Assembly (NCBI GenBank): GCA_963847125.1
Contig: CAWJYM010000009.1
Coordinates: 1,106,658 to 1,170,657, forward strand
Source of the DNA: an uncultured Acidobacteriota bacterium
Lineage (GTDB): Bacteria > Acidobacteriota > Vicinamibacteria > Vicinamibacterales > 2-12-FULL-66-21
Length of the DNA stretch: 64,000 nt
Direction of reading: 5' to 3'
Shown here: one piece after another, positions 33,853-43,766 of the stretch
How positions within the stretch are numbered: position 1 is the first letter of the stretch
How the letters are laid out: the number at the start of each line of letters is the position of its first letter
Position numbers and translations under genes: made by a program
The notes under the pieces: generated by a model
Databases searched by the model: none
What the model saw: the letters and a program-made list of their open reading frames with translations, nothing else
What the model was told of the DNA's origin: nothing

Positions 33853-35068
33853 CCGTCGGGGTCGGACTTCCCTGCGGCACGACATCGGTCTGCAGCATCG
33901 GATCGGCGGCCGGGACTCTGGTCGTCGGCAGGCCCAGCTCGGTACGTACGATATTGCAGCCCTGGGCGATGGCGGCCGCCTTGTAAAAGGCAATCTCCCG
34001 GTTGCAGCCCTGACGGCCGAACCCGCAATCGCTCGACACAATCAGGCGCTCCGGCGGGATGTACTTGAGCGCCTTCCGAACCTCCGCGGCTACGTCCTCG
34101 GGCCGGTCTGCCTGCAGCGACCGATGGCTGACGGCGCCAACGCAGATCTTCTTCTTCAGGTCGTCCTTGAAGGGCTCGAGCAGCTCGAGATCTTTCTGGT
34201 TTCGATCCTTCATCTCGACCGTCCAGACGTCTCCTTTGCAGCGCTCGAGATACAGCTCGATCGAGTTTGCGTAACTGGTGTCCTCCATCACGCGCTGCAT
34301 GTTCGGATTGCCCCAGCACGTGTGGATCCAGACTTCGATATCGTCGAGTCCCTGCACCTCGCGATTGAACGCGTCGATCATGAACCGCACCTGTTCGTCG
34401 TCTTTGCCGAACGTGTTCGCCATGAAATGAAGCGTCGGCTCTTCGACCTGGATACATCTGCAGCCCGCCTCGCGCAGCGCGAGGAGCTCCTTGTTCATCG
34501 CTTCGGCCATGTCCCAGATGACCTGGCGCTTGTCTTTGTACTTCGGGGTGTGGATATCGAGGAACAGCGCCATGACCTGCGAGCAGCAGGTGCCGAAGCG
34601 AACCGGCTTTGCCGTCTTCCCCTGCGCCACCCGCCAGATTTTCGGGTAGTCGAGTGGGCGGTGCTCGATCCGGTCGACCACATGGGGCCAGCGCCAGCCG
34701 GTATAGATCTCGCTGAGCAGCGTCCCTGGCGGGTAGTGAAGCCAGGGGGCGCGTGTCGACTCCGGCTGGAGGTACTCGCCTTCGAAGCCGGCCCACCGCT
34801 GCAGCGGGTAGTGGTGCCAGGAGCGCCCCGCCAGGTCTTCGTCGCAATGGAAGTCGCCGTGCGTGAGCAGATCGAGACCCGCGCGCTCTTGATCGCTGAT
34901 CACTACCGCCATCGCGTCCTGGAATTTCTCGCGGAACCGCACGTCGAGCATGCACGTGTCCAGCGGGCGGCCCCACATGCTCACATCGAACCAGCGAGGC
35001 CGCGGCCAGGATCCGGTCACCGTGCTCGGGAGAATCGTATTCGCCGTGATCGTGAACATGACGGGCAT
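33836..35068 (-). CDS. Cobalamin-independent methionine-synthase catalytic-domain family protein (short MetE-like)
   Basis: ATG at 35068. Zn-ligand contexts VWIHTCWGNPN and IVSSDCGFG. LPSTVTGSWPRPRWF N-terminus. 410 aa. Confidence 0.8.
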   Translation of the reverse strand: MPVMFTITANTILPSTVTGSWPRPRWFDVSMWGRPLDTCMLDVRFREKFQDAMAVVISDQERAGLDLLTHGDFHCDEDLAGRSWHHYPLQRWAGFEGEYLQPESTRAPWLHYPPGTLLSEIYTGWRWPHVVDRIEHRPLDYPKIWRVAQGKTAKPVRFGTCCSQVMALFLDIHTPKYKDKRQVIWDMAEAMNKELLALREAGCRCIQVEEPTLHFMANTFGKDDEQVRFMIDAFNREVQGLDDIEVWIHTCWGNPNMQRVMEDTSYANSIELYLERCKGDVWTVEMKDRNQKDLELLEPFKDDLKKKICVGAVSHRSLQADRPEDVAAEVRKALKYIPPERLIVSSDCGFGRQGCNREIAFYKAAAIAQGCNIVRTELGLPTTRVPAADPMLQTDVVPQGSPTPTVSPQY

Positions 35069-35076
35069 CTTACTGA

Positions 35077-37056
35077 TCAGGGCACTTTGTAGTCCACGAC
35101 GACGGCGTGGTGGTCGCTTCGCCGCGTCTTGACGACGAACATCTCGCTGACGGTCATCCCCCTCGTCCAGTGGTAGTCGATTCGCTCCGGGTTCTGCGTC
35201 GCGGTTCGCCGGTCGAACGTAAAGCCACCGTCGTTCGTTGGCTGGATCCAGCCGGTCGCCGTCTCCCACGCGTCCGTATACTCGGTGCTCCAGCCCCCGT
35301 TCCACAGCGCCGACTCCAGCGGAAACGCGTTGAAGTCACCCGTCACGACGCGGCGGGCTCCCTGCGTCGCCAGCCACGCCTGCAGCTGGGAAAGCTGCGC
35401 CACGCGAACCGCCGCGTCCCACGCATAAAGATGAGTCGTGGAAATGTGCACCGGCGTGCTGTTGACGGTGATCTGCAGTCGCACCGCCGGAAACGGTTGC
35501 GACAGTCCCGCCGTGAAGAGCGTTGACGAGATCGCATCTATCGGCAGCCAGGTCAGGATCATCGACCCGATGTTGTTCGTCGTCGGCGTCGTAGCGGTGT
35601 TCTGGCGCTGGTACTGTCCGCGCCACGTCCTGCCGGTTCGCGCCGACAGGCCGTTCAGGACGAGCGTCGGCATGTCCGCGTCCGCCAGCGACACTTCCTG
35701 CAGGCAGATGACGTCCGGGTTCAGGCCGGCCATCATGTCGATCTGCAGGTTGTAGTCGTTCCTGTTGTCGATCAGGTTGTATCCCTGCTTGACGTTCCAG
35801 GTGACCACCCTGAGACGATTGAGACTCGTGTTTCCCAGGCTGGGCGCGTCGCCCGTCGGCGGCGCCGCCGACGTGAAGCTCCAAAGCGGACCGGCGGTGG
35901 TGCCGCCCGGCCCGCGCGCGACGACCTGCCAGAAGTACGCAGTGCTGTAGGCCAGCGCCGTCGACGGCTGGTAGCTGGTGCCAGCCTGATTCGCCGACAC
36001 GAGCGGCGGAGGATTGCTCGCGCCGAATGCGACGTCGTACGTCGTCGCATTCGCCGATGGCAGCCAGTTCAACCCGATCCCGGCCAGAACATCAATCGCC
36101 AGGTCCGCGGGCGCCGGACCCGAGGGCACGCCCGGTGCCGGAGGCAGCGAGGTGCCCGCAGTGCTGAAGCTCCAGATGACGCCCGGCGTCGTGCCGCTCG
36201 CGTTCTTCGCACGGATCGACCAGTAATACGTCGTAGCCGCGGCCAGACCGCCGGGGTCGTACGTCAGCGTGGTCTGGTCAGACGAGACGACGGAGGGCGG
36301 ATTCACGGTCCCGAACGCGACGTCATAACTCGTCGCATTCGACGCGGCCGTCCAGCTCAAGACAACGTTGGTGGGAACGCTCGAGGCCCCCGCGGCGGGG
36401 ACTGGATTGCTGACCGGCCCCGGCGGCGGCTGCGGCGCGGAACACGAGAACCGATTCTGATCGTTCGTTGGTGGGCCTGGCGGAACCGTCCGGTACGTGG
36501 CGGCGCTGAGGATGATCTGATCCACGCTCACGCCGTCTTCCCGCACCTGCACGCGAAGCCTGTGTGAGCCGCCCGCGGCGAATTTCACCGTCGTCGTCTG
36601 CGACAGCCAGTACGCGCCGTCCACCCATCCCCAGTCGCGCAGACTTGTGCCGGTACTGTCGGTCGCGAGGTTGACGACGAGCGCGCTCGTCGTGCCGATG
36701 CGATACACCGGCAGGTTGTTGGCCTTCAGCGCGTCCGAGTACTGGACGAAGACGGAGTCGTTGGGCTTCAGATCGTTCAGCGATCTCACACGGAACCACA
36801 CGCGATACGATCCGGCGGGCGCCACGAAGGTGTGCTCGAAATAGTTCGACGGCGAGGCGAGCGGCGCGCTCGTGCTCGCCCAGCCCAGGTCCGGCGACAC
36901 CAGCGGTTGAGAACAGTCGGCGGGGGCGTCCCACCCGACGACGGTCGTCGCCGCACAGCCGCACAGGACGATGGGGTCGGAGGTTTGCGCAGCGCCTGCA
37001 CGCGCGACGAGAAAGATCAACACAGACAGACACAGCCGGGGCATGCGGAAGGACAC
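35077..37056 (-). CDS. Secreted multidomain protein: carbohydrate-binding-like N-terminus, two or three FN3-like repeats, C-terminal endonuclease/exonuclease/phosphatase (EEP) domain
   Basis: Signal peptide MPRLCLSVLIFLVARAGAAQ. Repeats VLSWTAASNATSYDVAFGTVNPP and LNWLPSANATTYDVAFGASNPP. EEP motifs LRVVTWNVKQG, DVICLQEV, TGDFNA, SDHHAVV. Confidence 0.85.
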   Translation of the reverse strand: MSFRMPRLCLSVLIFLVARAGAAQTSDPIVLCGCAATTVVGWDAPADCSQPLVSPDLGWASTSAPLASPSNYFEHTFVAPAGSYRVWFRVRSLNDLKPNDSVFVQYSDALKANNLPVYRIGTTSALVVNLATDSTGTSLRDWGWVDGAYWLSQTTTVKFAAGGSHRLRVQVREDGVSVDQIILSAATYRTVPPGPPTNDQNRFSCSAPQPPPGPVSNPVPAAGASSVPTNVVLSWTAASNATSYDVAFGTVNPPSVVSSDQTTLTYDPGGLAAATTYYWSIRAKNASGTTPGVIWSFSTAGTSLPPAPGVPSGPAPADLAIDVLAGIGLNWLPSANATTYDVAFGASNPPPLVSANQAGTSYQPSTALAYSTAYFWQVVARGPGGTTAGPLWSFTSAAPPTGDAPSLGNTSLNRLRVVTWNVKQGYNLIDNRNDYNLQIDMMAGLNPDVICLQEVSLADADMPTLVLNGLSARTGRTWRGQYQRQNTATTPTTNNIGSMILTWLPIDAISSTLFTAGLSQPFPAVRLQITVNSTPVHISTTHLYAWDAAVRVAQLSQLQAWLATQGARRVVTGDFNAFPLESALWNGGWSTEYTDAWETATGWIQPTNDGGFTFDRRTATQNPERIDYHWTRGMTVSEMFVVKTRRSDHHAVVVDYKVP

Positions 37057-37211
37057 GCATCCTCCTATTCCGTCGCGTAGCGGTTCAGCCGAGAATCCGC
37101 GGAGCCGGGCAGATTGGCGTGCCTCGGGGCCCGACGGTTATGGCTGAGCTGTGCTGGGGAGAGTGAGCTTGGAGTGTAAGCTCAACCGTTGCGGAGATCA
37201 AGACGCCGGCG

Positions 37212-38303
37212 CTATTCCTCAGGTAAACCGAGCGCGGCTCGCAGCGCTTCGCGGACGATCGGGATCACGCCAGGAACGAAGCGCTCGCGGTTCGCCAGAA
37301 GCGCGACCGCGATTCGGCGCTCGGGAAGTATCGCGAGATATGCGGTCGTGCCTTCCATCGAGCCGCCGTAGTTGAAAGCAGGGGTCCCGTAGTCGGTCGA
37401 GCCCACGATCCAGCCGATCGAAAACATCGGGCGTTCGTCGTCGGCCGCTGGTCGCGTCGAGAGCATCTCGCGGAAGAGCGGCTCCGGCAACAGCCGGCGC
37501 TCGAACAGCGCGATCGCGAATCGAGCCAGATCGTTCACCGTCGAGATCATGCCGCTCGCCGGCATCTTGAAGCGCGTGTCGACGACGACCGACGGCTGAA
37601 ACGTGCTGCCCTGCATCCGGAACCCGGGGCTGAAATTCGCGGCCGTGTACTTCGGCTCGTCGAACGTCGTCTGCCCCATGGACGCCGGCGCCAGGATGTT
37701 CCGGCTGACGAACTCGGCGTAGCTGGCTCCCGAAACGGATTCGATCACACACCCAAGCGCGGCGTAGCCCCAGGACGTGTAATTCGTTTTCTGGCCGGGT
37801 GGAAATCGGAGGGGCTCCTTGGCGATGCCACTCAGCGACGACGCGAGTCGGGGTACGGCACCCGTAATCGTCTCGTCTTCGGGATCGGACGTGTGCCGCA
37901 TCCCGGACTGATGGAGGAGAAAGTGCCGCACCGTCGGCGAGCCGTTCAGCGGTGAGAGCGCCGGGCAGTAGTCCTTGGCCGCACGGTCCAGATCGACCCG
38001 GCCTTGTTCCACGAGCTTGAGCACGGCGACCGCCGTGATCGCCTTTGTGACCGACGCGAGCCGGTATTGGGTATCGGCCCCGGCGGGCTTCTGCTCCGTC
38101 AGTGAGATCGTCCCGACGCCTTTCGCATACACCACACGGCCGTCGACCACGACCGCGACGGAGAGACCGGGAATCTGCGCTTTGACACGGGCGACCGCGG
38201 CATCGACGCGCGGCTCGAGCCCGGTTTGGGCAGAGAGAACCAGCGTGGTCAGGACGAAAGCGGAGGCGAAGCTCCATCCACATCGCCAGTTCGACGAGAA
38301 CAC
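37212..38303 (-). CDS. Beta-lactamase-family serine hydrolase (second copy in the window)
   Basis: Signal-like N-terminus. SxxK in YRLASVTKAITAVAVL. YTSWGY (Tyr motif region). 363 aa. Confidence 0.88.
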   Translation of the reverse strand: MFSSNWRCGWSFASAFVLTTLVLSAQTGLEPRVDAAVARVKAQIPGLSVAVVVDGRVVYAKGVGTISLTEQKPAGADTQYRLASVTKAITAVAVLKLVEQGRVDLDRAAKDYCPALSPLNGSPTVRHFLLHQSGMRHTSDPEDETITGAVPRLASSLSGIAKEPLRFPPGQKTNYTSWGYAALGCVIESVSGASYAEFVSRNILAPASMGQTTFDEPKYTAANFSPGFRMQGSTFQPSVVVDTRFKMPASGMISTVNDLARFAIALFERRLLPEPLFREMLSTRPAADDERPMFSIGWIVGSTDYGTPAFNYGGSMEGTTAYLAILPERRIAVALLANRERFVPGVIPIVREALRAALGLPEE

Positions 38304-38446
38304 TCCTGGGGTTGCAACCGTACGTACCCGCGGGGGAACACCCTATCCGGCACGTGTGAACATGCCGTGACGATCGGGCGACGAGGAGGAAGACGAGTCG
38401 ATGTGTTACAAATCGGCCCTGTGCGTTGCTCGAAGGAGGTGGCAGC

Positions 38447-39790
38447 ATGGAAGGCCCGCTCGTGAACATCCCGCGCCTGGTGGCTGCGTACTACACCGAC
38501 CAGCCCGATCCCTCCGTGTCCGAGCAGCGCGTGCGCTTTGGAACGTCCGGTCACCGCGGCAGCGCGTTCAACCGCGGGTTCAACGAGTGGCATGTACTGG
38601 CCATCGCCCAGGCCATCTGCCGCTACCGGCAACAGCAAGGCATCGACGGGCCCCTGTTTCTCGGCATCGACACCCACGCGTTGTCCGCGCCTGCGTTCCG
38701 CAGCGCGCTGGAGGTTCTGGCGGCCAACGACGTCACCGTTTGCATCGCGACCAGCGACGACTACACACCGACCCCGGCGATCTCGCACGCAATCCTTACG
38801 CACAACCGGGGACGCACGCAGGGCTTGGCCGACGGCATCGTGCTCACGCCCTCGCACAATCCTCCCGAAGACGGCGGGTTCAAGTACAACCCGCCGCATG
38901 GAGGGCCGGCCGGGGCCGACGTCACCGCGTTCATCGAGTCGCGGGCCAATGGTCTGCTCGTCGAAGCGATCAGGCCGGTGAAGCGCATGCTGTTCGAGAA
39001 AGCCCTTCGTGCGCCGACGACGCGCCGCCACGATTTCCTGCAGGCGTACGTCGCGGATCTGGAGACTGTCCTGGATTTGGAGGTGACGCGGAACGCCGGG
39101 CTCACCCTGGGAGTGGATCCGCTCGGCGGAGCCGGCATCCGCTACTGGGGATCGATCGCGGATCGATACCGCTTGAACCTGACCGTCACAAATCCGAACG
39201 TCGACTCGACCTTTCGGTTCATGGACGTGGACTGGGACGGCCGCATCCGCATGGATCCCTCGTCGCCGTACGCCATGCGCTCGCTGATCGGATTGAAGGA
39301 CCGTTTCGATGTCGCATTCGCCTGCGACCCCGATCACGATCGCCACGGCGTGGTGGCCAAGAGTGTCGGGTTACTGCCTTCCAATCACTACCTGGCGGCG
39401 TGTATCCACTACCTGTTTTCGAACCGGCCGGAATGGAGCCCGACGACGGCCGTCGGAAAGACAGTGGTGTCCAGCGCGATGATCGACCGCGTGGCTGAGA
39501 AGTTGGGCCGACGACTCTACGAGGTGCCGGTCGGATTCAAGTGGTTCGTCGACGGTCTGCTCGAAGGCCGGTTGGGCTTCGCGGGGGAGGAGAGCGCAGG
39601 TGCGACGTTTCTGCGGCGGGACGGCACCGTGTGGACCACTGAAAAGGACGGCATCGTCGCGGCGCTGCTGGCCGCCGAGATGACGGCACGCACCGGCCGC
39701 GATCCCGGTGAAATCTACGCCGACCTCGAGCGTGAGTGCGGAAGCCCGGTGTACGAGCGCATCGATGCGCCCGCGACCCCCGAAGAGAGG
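38447..39790 (+). pseudogene. pgm: Phosphoglucomutase (alpha-D-glucose-1,6-bisphosphate-dependent type) lacking about the last 90 codons; the ORF continues in frame into unrelated sequence up to 40714
   Basis: AGGAGG 8 nt before ATG 38447. Active-site RFGTSGHRGS. Metal loop CDPDHDRHG. GEESAGATF. Similarity to E. coli Pgm stops after IDAPATPEE (about 39790), before the RPSGTE phosphate loop. Confidence 0.8.
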
Positions 39791-39799
39791 TCCGGATTA

Positions 39800-40300
39800 G
39801 GCGAACCGGCACTCTCCAACGGCGCAGTCTGCATCGTCGGGACGCCCCTGCAGGACGGCAAGAAAATCGCCGATTCTCCCGAGCTCGCGGAGAAAGACTT
39901 CCTTGCACGCGGCGAAGACAACGATGTTCGATGGGTTGCGGCGTATGTGCGCGATTCCAGAGTGTGGCTCTACGACTGGCTCACGGACCTTGGGGTCGCG
40001 TTCGACGGGCTCGTGCGCCCGCCCGGCAATTCCGTTCCACGACTCCATCTGGCTCGCGGCAAGGGGCTGGGTCTGGTGGAGCCAATCTATCGCGCCTGCC
40101 TGAGTCACCCGAACATCAGATTCTTGTGGGCTACGATGGCCGACGATCTGATCGTTCGCTCCGGCCGGGTCGTGGGTGTGAAGATCCGCGATCTCCGCCG
40201 CCGAACACGCCGGAATCTTCTTGCGCGGAATGTCATCGTGGCGACGGGAGGGTTTCAGAGCAATCTGAAGACCGTTCTGGAAAACTGGCCGCCGGAGTTG
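39800..40300 (+). pseudogene. Internal fragment of an FAD-dependent oxidoreductase (fumarate-reductase/KsdD-like), fused in frame to the truncated pgm
   Basis: GTPLQDGKKIADSPELAEKDF ... WLYDWLTDLGVAFDG ... GNSVPRLHLARGKGLGL ... NVIVATGGFQSN. No N-terminal GxGxxG and no C-terminal part. Confidence 0.6.
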
Positions 40301-40308
40301 CCGAGTCG

Positions 40309-41133
40309 CTACACATCAGGGTCCTGCCGCCACGCCGGCATCCGCGCGAGGAACCAGGCGGCGCAGATCCAGAGGAGCACGACCGTCAGCCATCCGACGA
40401 GGGTCGTGCTGGACGCGCTGAGGCCGAAGGTGCTCGTGCCGCCAGGCGCCGCGATGGGGACGATGCCGCCGGCGTTGTTCACGGTGGCGTGCATCACCAT
40501 GACGGGCAGCAGACTGCCGCCGGTATGCCCGAAGAGCCAGGCCATCGCGACGGTGAGCGCGGTGACCAGCACGACGAACACGAAGAACGACTGTCCGTAC
40601 GAGTTCCCATCCCGGATGAAAAACTGCGGCAGGTGCCAGAAGCCCCAGATGAAACCAAGGAGCACGCTCGAGCGCGCGAGGCCGAAGCGCGCCGCCATCC
40701 GAGGAAGCGCGTAGCCGCGCCAGCCGATCTCTTCACCCGCCTGGAACGGCGTCGAGAACGCGATCGCGAGCGGGATGAGGTAGATCGGCTCCGTGCCGAA
40801 ACGCGGCCACGCGCCGATGGCCACGCGATGGATGAGCGCGGCGGCCAGCTTGATCGCCACGAAGTAGCTGACGGCGAAGACATACCATTTCGCGGGCACG
40901 TCCCACTGGACGACGCGGCCGAGGAGAGCGCGCACGCCCTCGGCCCCTTCCGCCCGCGCGGTCAGCGCGAGAGCCACGATGCCTGGCGAGTAGGCGCCCA
41001 GGAGAATCAACAGCATGCCGGGCGGAGTGCTGGCAGGAATGGACGCGGCCACGACCGTGAAGTAGAGCGTCCACATCACGGCGTACGTCAGGAGGAAGAA
41101 CGCGACGAGAGAGCCGCCGCGTGTATGGGTCAC
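40309..41133 (-). CDS. CPBP-family intramembrane glutamic endopeptidase (CAAX protease-like)
   Basis: Motifs AGEEIGWRGYALPRM, FIWGFWHLPQF and VMVMHATVNN within 7-8 TM helices. Confidence 0.85.
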   Translation of the reverse strand: MTHTRGGSLVAFFLLTYAVMWTLYFTVVAASIPASTPPGMLLILLGAYSPGIVALALTARAEGAEGVRALLGRVVQWDVPAKWYVFAVSYFVAIKLAAALIHRVAIGAWPRFGTEPIYLIPLAIAFSTPFQAGEEIGWRGYALPRMAARFGLARSSVLLGFIWGFWHLPQFFIRDGNSYGQSFFVFVVLVTALTVAMAWLFGHTGGSLLPVMVMHATVNNAGGIVPIAAPGGTSTFGLSASSTTLVGWLTVVLLWICAAWFLARMPAWRQDPDV

Positions 41134-41230
41134 TCACTCCACATTACGTGGTGATAGCCCGAACGGTTTCGATGTGAACGGAGGGGACGGAGGCACAGAG
41201 GTAACACCAAGGATCAGGCTTCCCTACGGA

Positions 41231-41753
41231 CTAGGCTTCGCCGTTGTCGAAGCGTCCACCCGCGGGAGTGACGTTCAGTTTGAACGCTGCGAAGCGGACG
41301 GACACTTCGTAATATTGCCTGCCTGACCTTCGGGCTCGTCGCGGCCTTTCGACGATGAACAATAACCGGTGGATCCAGATCCCGTCGGAGGCGTCGAACT
41401 CGTCGTACAGGAGTTCGATGTCACGTCGGCCCGCTGCACCAGTCAAGAACCGTTCATCCGGATCGGATAGCAGCAACGCTCGCCGTACCAGAGCGTAGCG
41501 GTAATGTAGCCGGAGCTGATTGTTACCGGCGCGAAACTGCACCTCCAGACTGCCGCTTCCACGTTCCACCCGGAGAACTAGCGCGTCGTGCAGGTCTACG
41601 TCGGTCCATAGTCGACGCGCGTCGTCCGGGAGGCTCGGTCCGAGCGCCGCCAGATGTGCTTCGTACGCTGCGTGCACTTGATTCGGCTTCGGCCGCCGGT
41701 AGGTCGCCCTGGAGCCACGCTATCGTAAAGAACTTCAACGGTCCTCCAAACAT
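41231..41753 (-). pseudogene. DUF4085-like protein, full-length paralogue carrying a +1 frameshift about 25 codons from the start
   Basis: MFGGPLKFFTIAWLQGDLPAAEAES in one frame, then VHAAYEAHLAALGPSLPDDARRLWTDVDLHDALVLRVERGSGSLEVQFRAGNN in the next. Comparison with 30153-30419 shows one extra base (gccGaatcaa versus gccaatcaa). Confidence 0.6.
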
Positions 41754-41797
41754 GAAGACACGGAGGGACGTGAGACACAGAGAAAGGCGGGGACGAT

Positions 41798-41869
41798 GAG
41801 ACACAGAGACGCAGAGCCACACAGGTAACCCAAAGATGTGAAAAGGCCTTCTCTGTGTCTCTGTGTCTC
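41798..41869. repeat. Long hairpin within the CACAGAG repeat element: 19-bp arms (one mismatch), 34-nt loop
   Basis: gagacacagagacgcagag (41798-41816) pairs with ctctgtgtctctgtgtctc (41851-41869). The adjacent 41772-41810 is shared with 14461-14499. Confidence 0.8.
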
Positions 41870-41930
41870 GGTGCCTCTTCGTCCCCGATCTTCTCAGCGT
41901 GCTCAATCAGCTCTGCGTGCTCAGCGCGCT

Positions 41931-43766
41931 TCACCGGTACGCCGCCGCCTGAATGCCGTACAGCTCCGCGTACTGTCCGCGCTTCCCCATCAGCTCGTCG
42001 TGCGTGCCGACCTCGACGACACGCGCGCCGTCCAGGACGACGATGACGTCCGCCATGCGCACGGTCGAGAAGCGATGCGAGACGAGGACGGTGATGGTGT
42101 CCTGGTGCCCTCCACGCGCAGCAGTAGCGTACCGCTCGAACAGCGCGTGCTCCGTCTCCGCGTCGAGCGCGGCCGTCGGCTCGTCGAGCACGAGCAGCAG
42201 CGGGCGGTCGCGCATGAAGCCGCGCGCCAGCGCGAGCTTCTGCCACTGGCCGAACGACACCTCCGCGCCGCCGGGCCAGGTCGGACCCAACTGCGTTTCG
42301 AGGCCCAACGGCAGGCGCGAGACGACGTCGTTCGCTCCGGCGCGCGCCACGGCCGCGGCGACGGCGGGCACGTCGTCGATGCGCGGCACGTCGCCGAGGC
42401 CGACCGTCTCACGCGCCCGGAACTCGAACCGGAAGAAGTCCTGGAACGCGCCGGCCAGCCGCGAACGCCATTCCTCCGCCGGTATTCGGGCCAGCGGCGT
42501 GTCGTCCACGAGGATCGTGCCCGACGTCGGCTCGTACATCTTCGCGAGCAGCTTGACCATCGTCGTCTTGCCCGCCCCGTTCTCGCCGACGACGGCGACG
42601 ACCGATCCGGCCCGCAGCGACACCGACACGTCGTCCAGAACAAGACGTGACGTGCCCGGATAGGCGAAGGACACGTGCTCGAGGCGGATGCCGCGGCCGA
42701 GCCCCGACGGTGCGGGCAGATCGGCCGAAGCGCTCATCGACGCCGCGTAGTCTTCGAGCCAGGCGAGACGGCGCGATCCGTCCATCCAGAAGCCGCGAAG
42801 GAATCCAATCTCGCCGACCGTCGCGCCGATGTACGCGGACAGGCGCGACCCTGCGGCGAGCACCAGAAGAACCTGGCCGGGAGGTGATCCGAGGCCTGAA
42901 GAAACGAACACGACGGCGCCGACGTACGCGGCGCCGAACAGCGCCCACGCCAAGGTATGCCACACGGCTGAGCCCCACCGGGCGGCCGACACGAGCGCGT
43001 ACGCGCGCTCCCACGCCTCGCGGCGTTTCGTCATCAGGCGATCCCCGATGCCGGTGACCCTGACTTCCTTCCCCGGCGGCGCCGTCGTCGCGATGGTGAA
43101 CAGGTGGCGGGCGAGTCGGTTGGACTGTGCCGCGCGTTCGGACGCCGCGCGCTCGACGGCAGGGCGCCACGTCGACGTGATCACCGTCGGCACCGCAAAG
43201 ACGGCGAGGAGCACGAGCGCGGGGTGGATCGATGCGAGCAGCGCCACCGTGATGCCGAGGCGCAGGATCCACCCGCACGTGGAGAACAGCGACATGTACA
43301 TGTGATCGAGCACGAACACCTGATCGCGCAGCATCGCCAGCCGGTCGAGGTACTCCGGGCGCTCGTGGTGCGCGATGGTCGGGACCGAGGCCTGGAGGCG
43401 CGCCACGTGCGATTCGAGCGCGATCGTGACCCTGTCGCGGAATCGCCGCTGAACGCGCATGCTCACCGTGGAAAGAAACCACGTGGCAGTGGCGGAGACG
43501 GCGAGCCCGATGGCCGCCGCGCGTACGAGGCCGGGCCGGTTCCCGAGCACGCCCTCGCCGAGCAGCATGAGCCAGAGCGCGATCAGCGCATCGGGCAGCG
43601 CCGCGAGCTGCGACAGCACGAACGCCGCGAGCATCAGCCGCGGCTCGTGCCGGTAGCCGAGCTTGCAGAGCCGCCACATGGAGGACAGGGCGGGCGGTAG
43701 GCTCTGGATCTCCGCGGGGCTTGGGGCCTGGGGCTCGGGGCTTATGCGCTCAGGCGAGGACGTCAT
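41931..43766 (-). CDS. ABC exporter, fused permease/ATPase half-transporter (second of a pair)
   Basis: Six-TM N-terminal domain. Walker A GENGAGKTT, signature FGQWQKLALAR, Walker B LLLVLDEPTAALD. The ATG at 43766 overlaps the upstream gene by 17 nt. Confidence 0.9.
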   Translation of the reverse strand: MTSSPERISPEPQAPSPAEIQSLPPALSSMWRLCKLGYRHEPRLMLAAFVLSQLAALPDALIALWLMLLGEGVLGNRPGLVRAAAIGLAVSATATWFLSTVSMRVQRRFRDRVTIALESHVARLQASVPTIAHHERPEYLDRLAMLRDQVFVLDHMYMSLFSTCGWILRLGITVALLASIHPALVLLAVFAVPTVITSTWRPAVERAASERAAQSNRLARHLFTIATTAPPGKEVRVTGIGDRLMTKRREAWERAYALVSAARWGSAVWHTLAWALFGAAYVGAVVFVSSGLGSPPGQVLLVLAAGSRLSAYIGATVGEIGFLRGFWMDGSRRLAWLEDYAASMSASADLPAPSGLGRGIRLEHVSFAYPGTSRLVLDDVSVSLRAGSVVAVVGENGAGKTTMVKLLAKMYEPTSGTILVDDTPLARIPAEEWRSRLAGAFQDFFRFEFRARETVGLGDVPRIDDVPAVAAAVARAGANDVVSRLPLGLETQLGPTWPGGAEVSFGQWQKLALARGFMRDRPLLLVLDEPTAALDAETEHALFERYATAARGGHQDTITVLVSHRFSTVRMADVIVVLDGARVVEVGTHDELMGKRGQYAELYGIQAAAYR

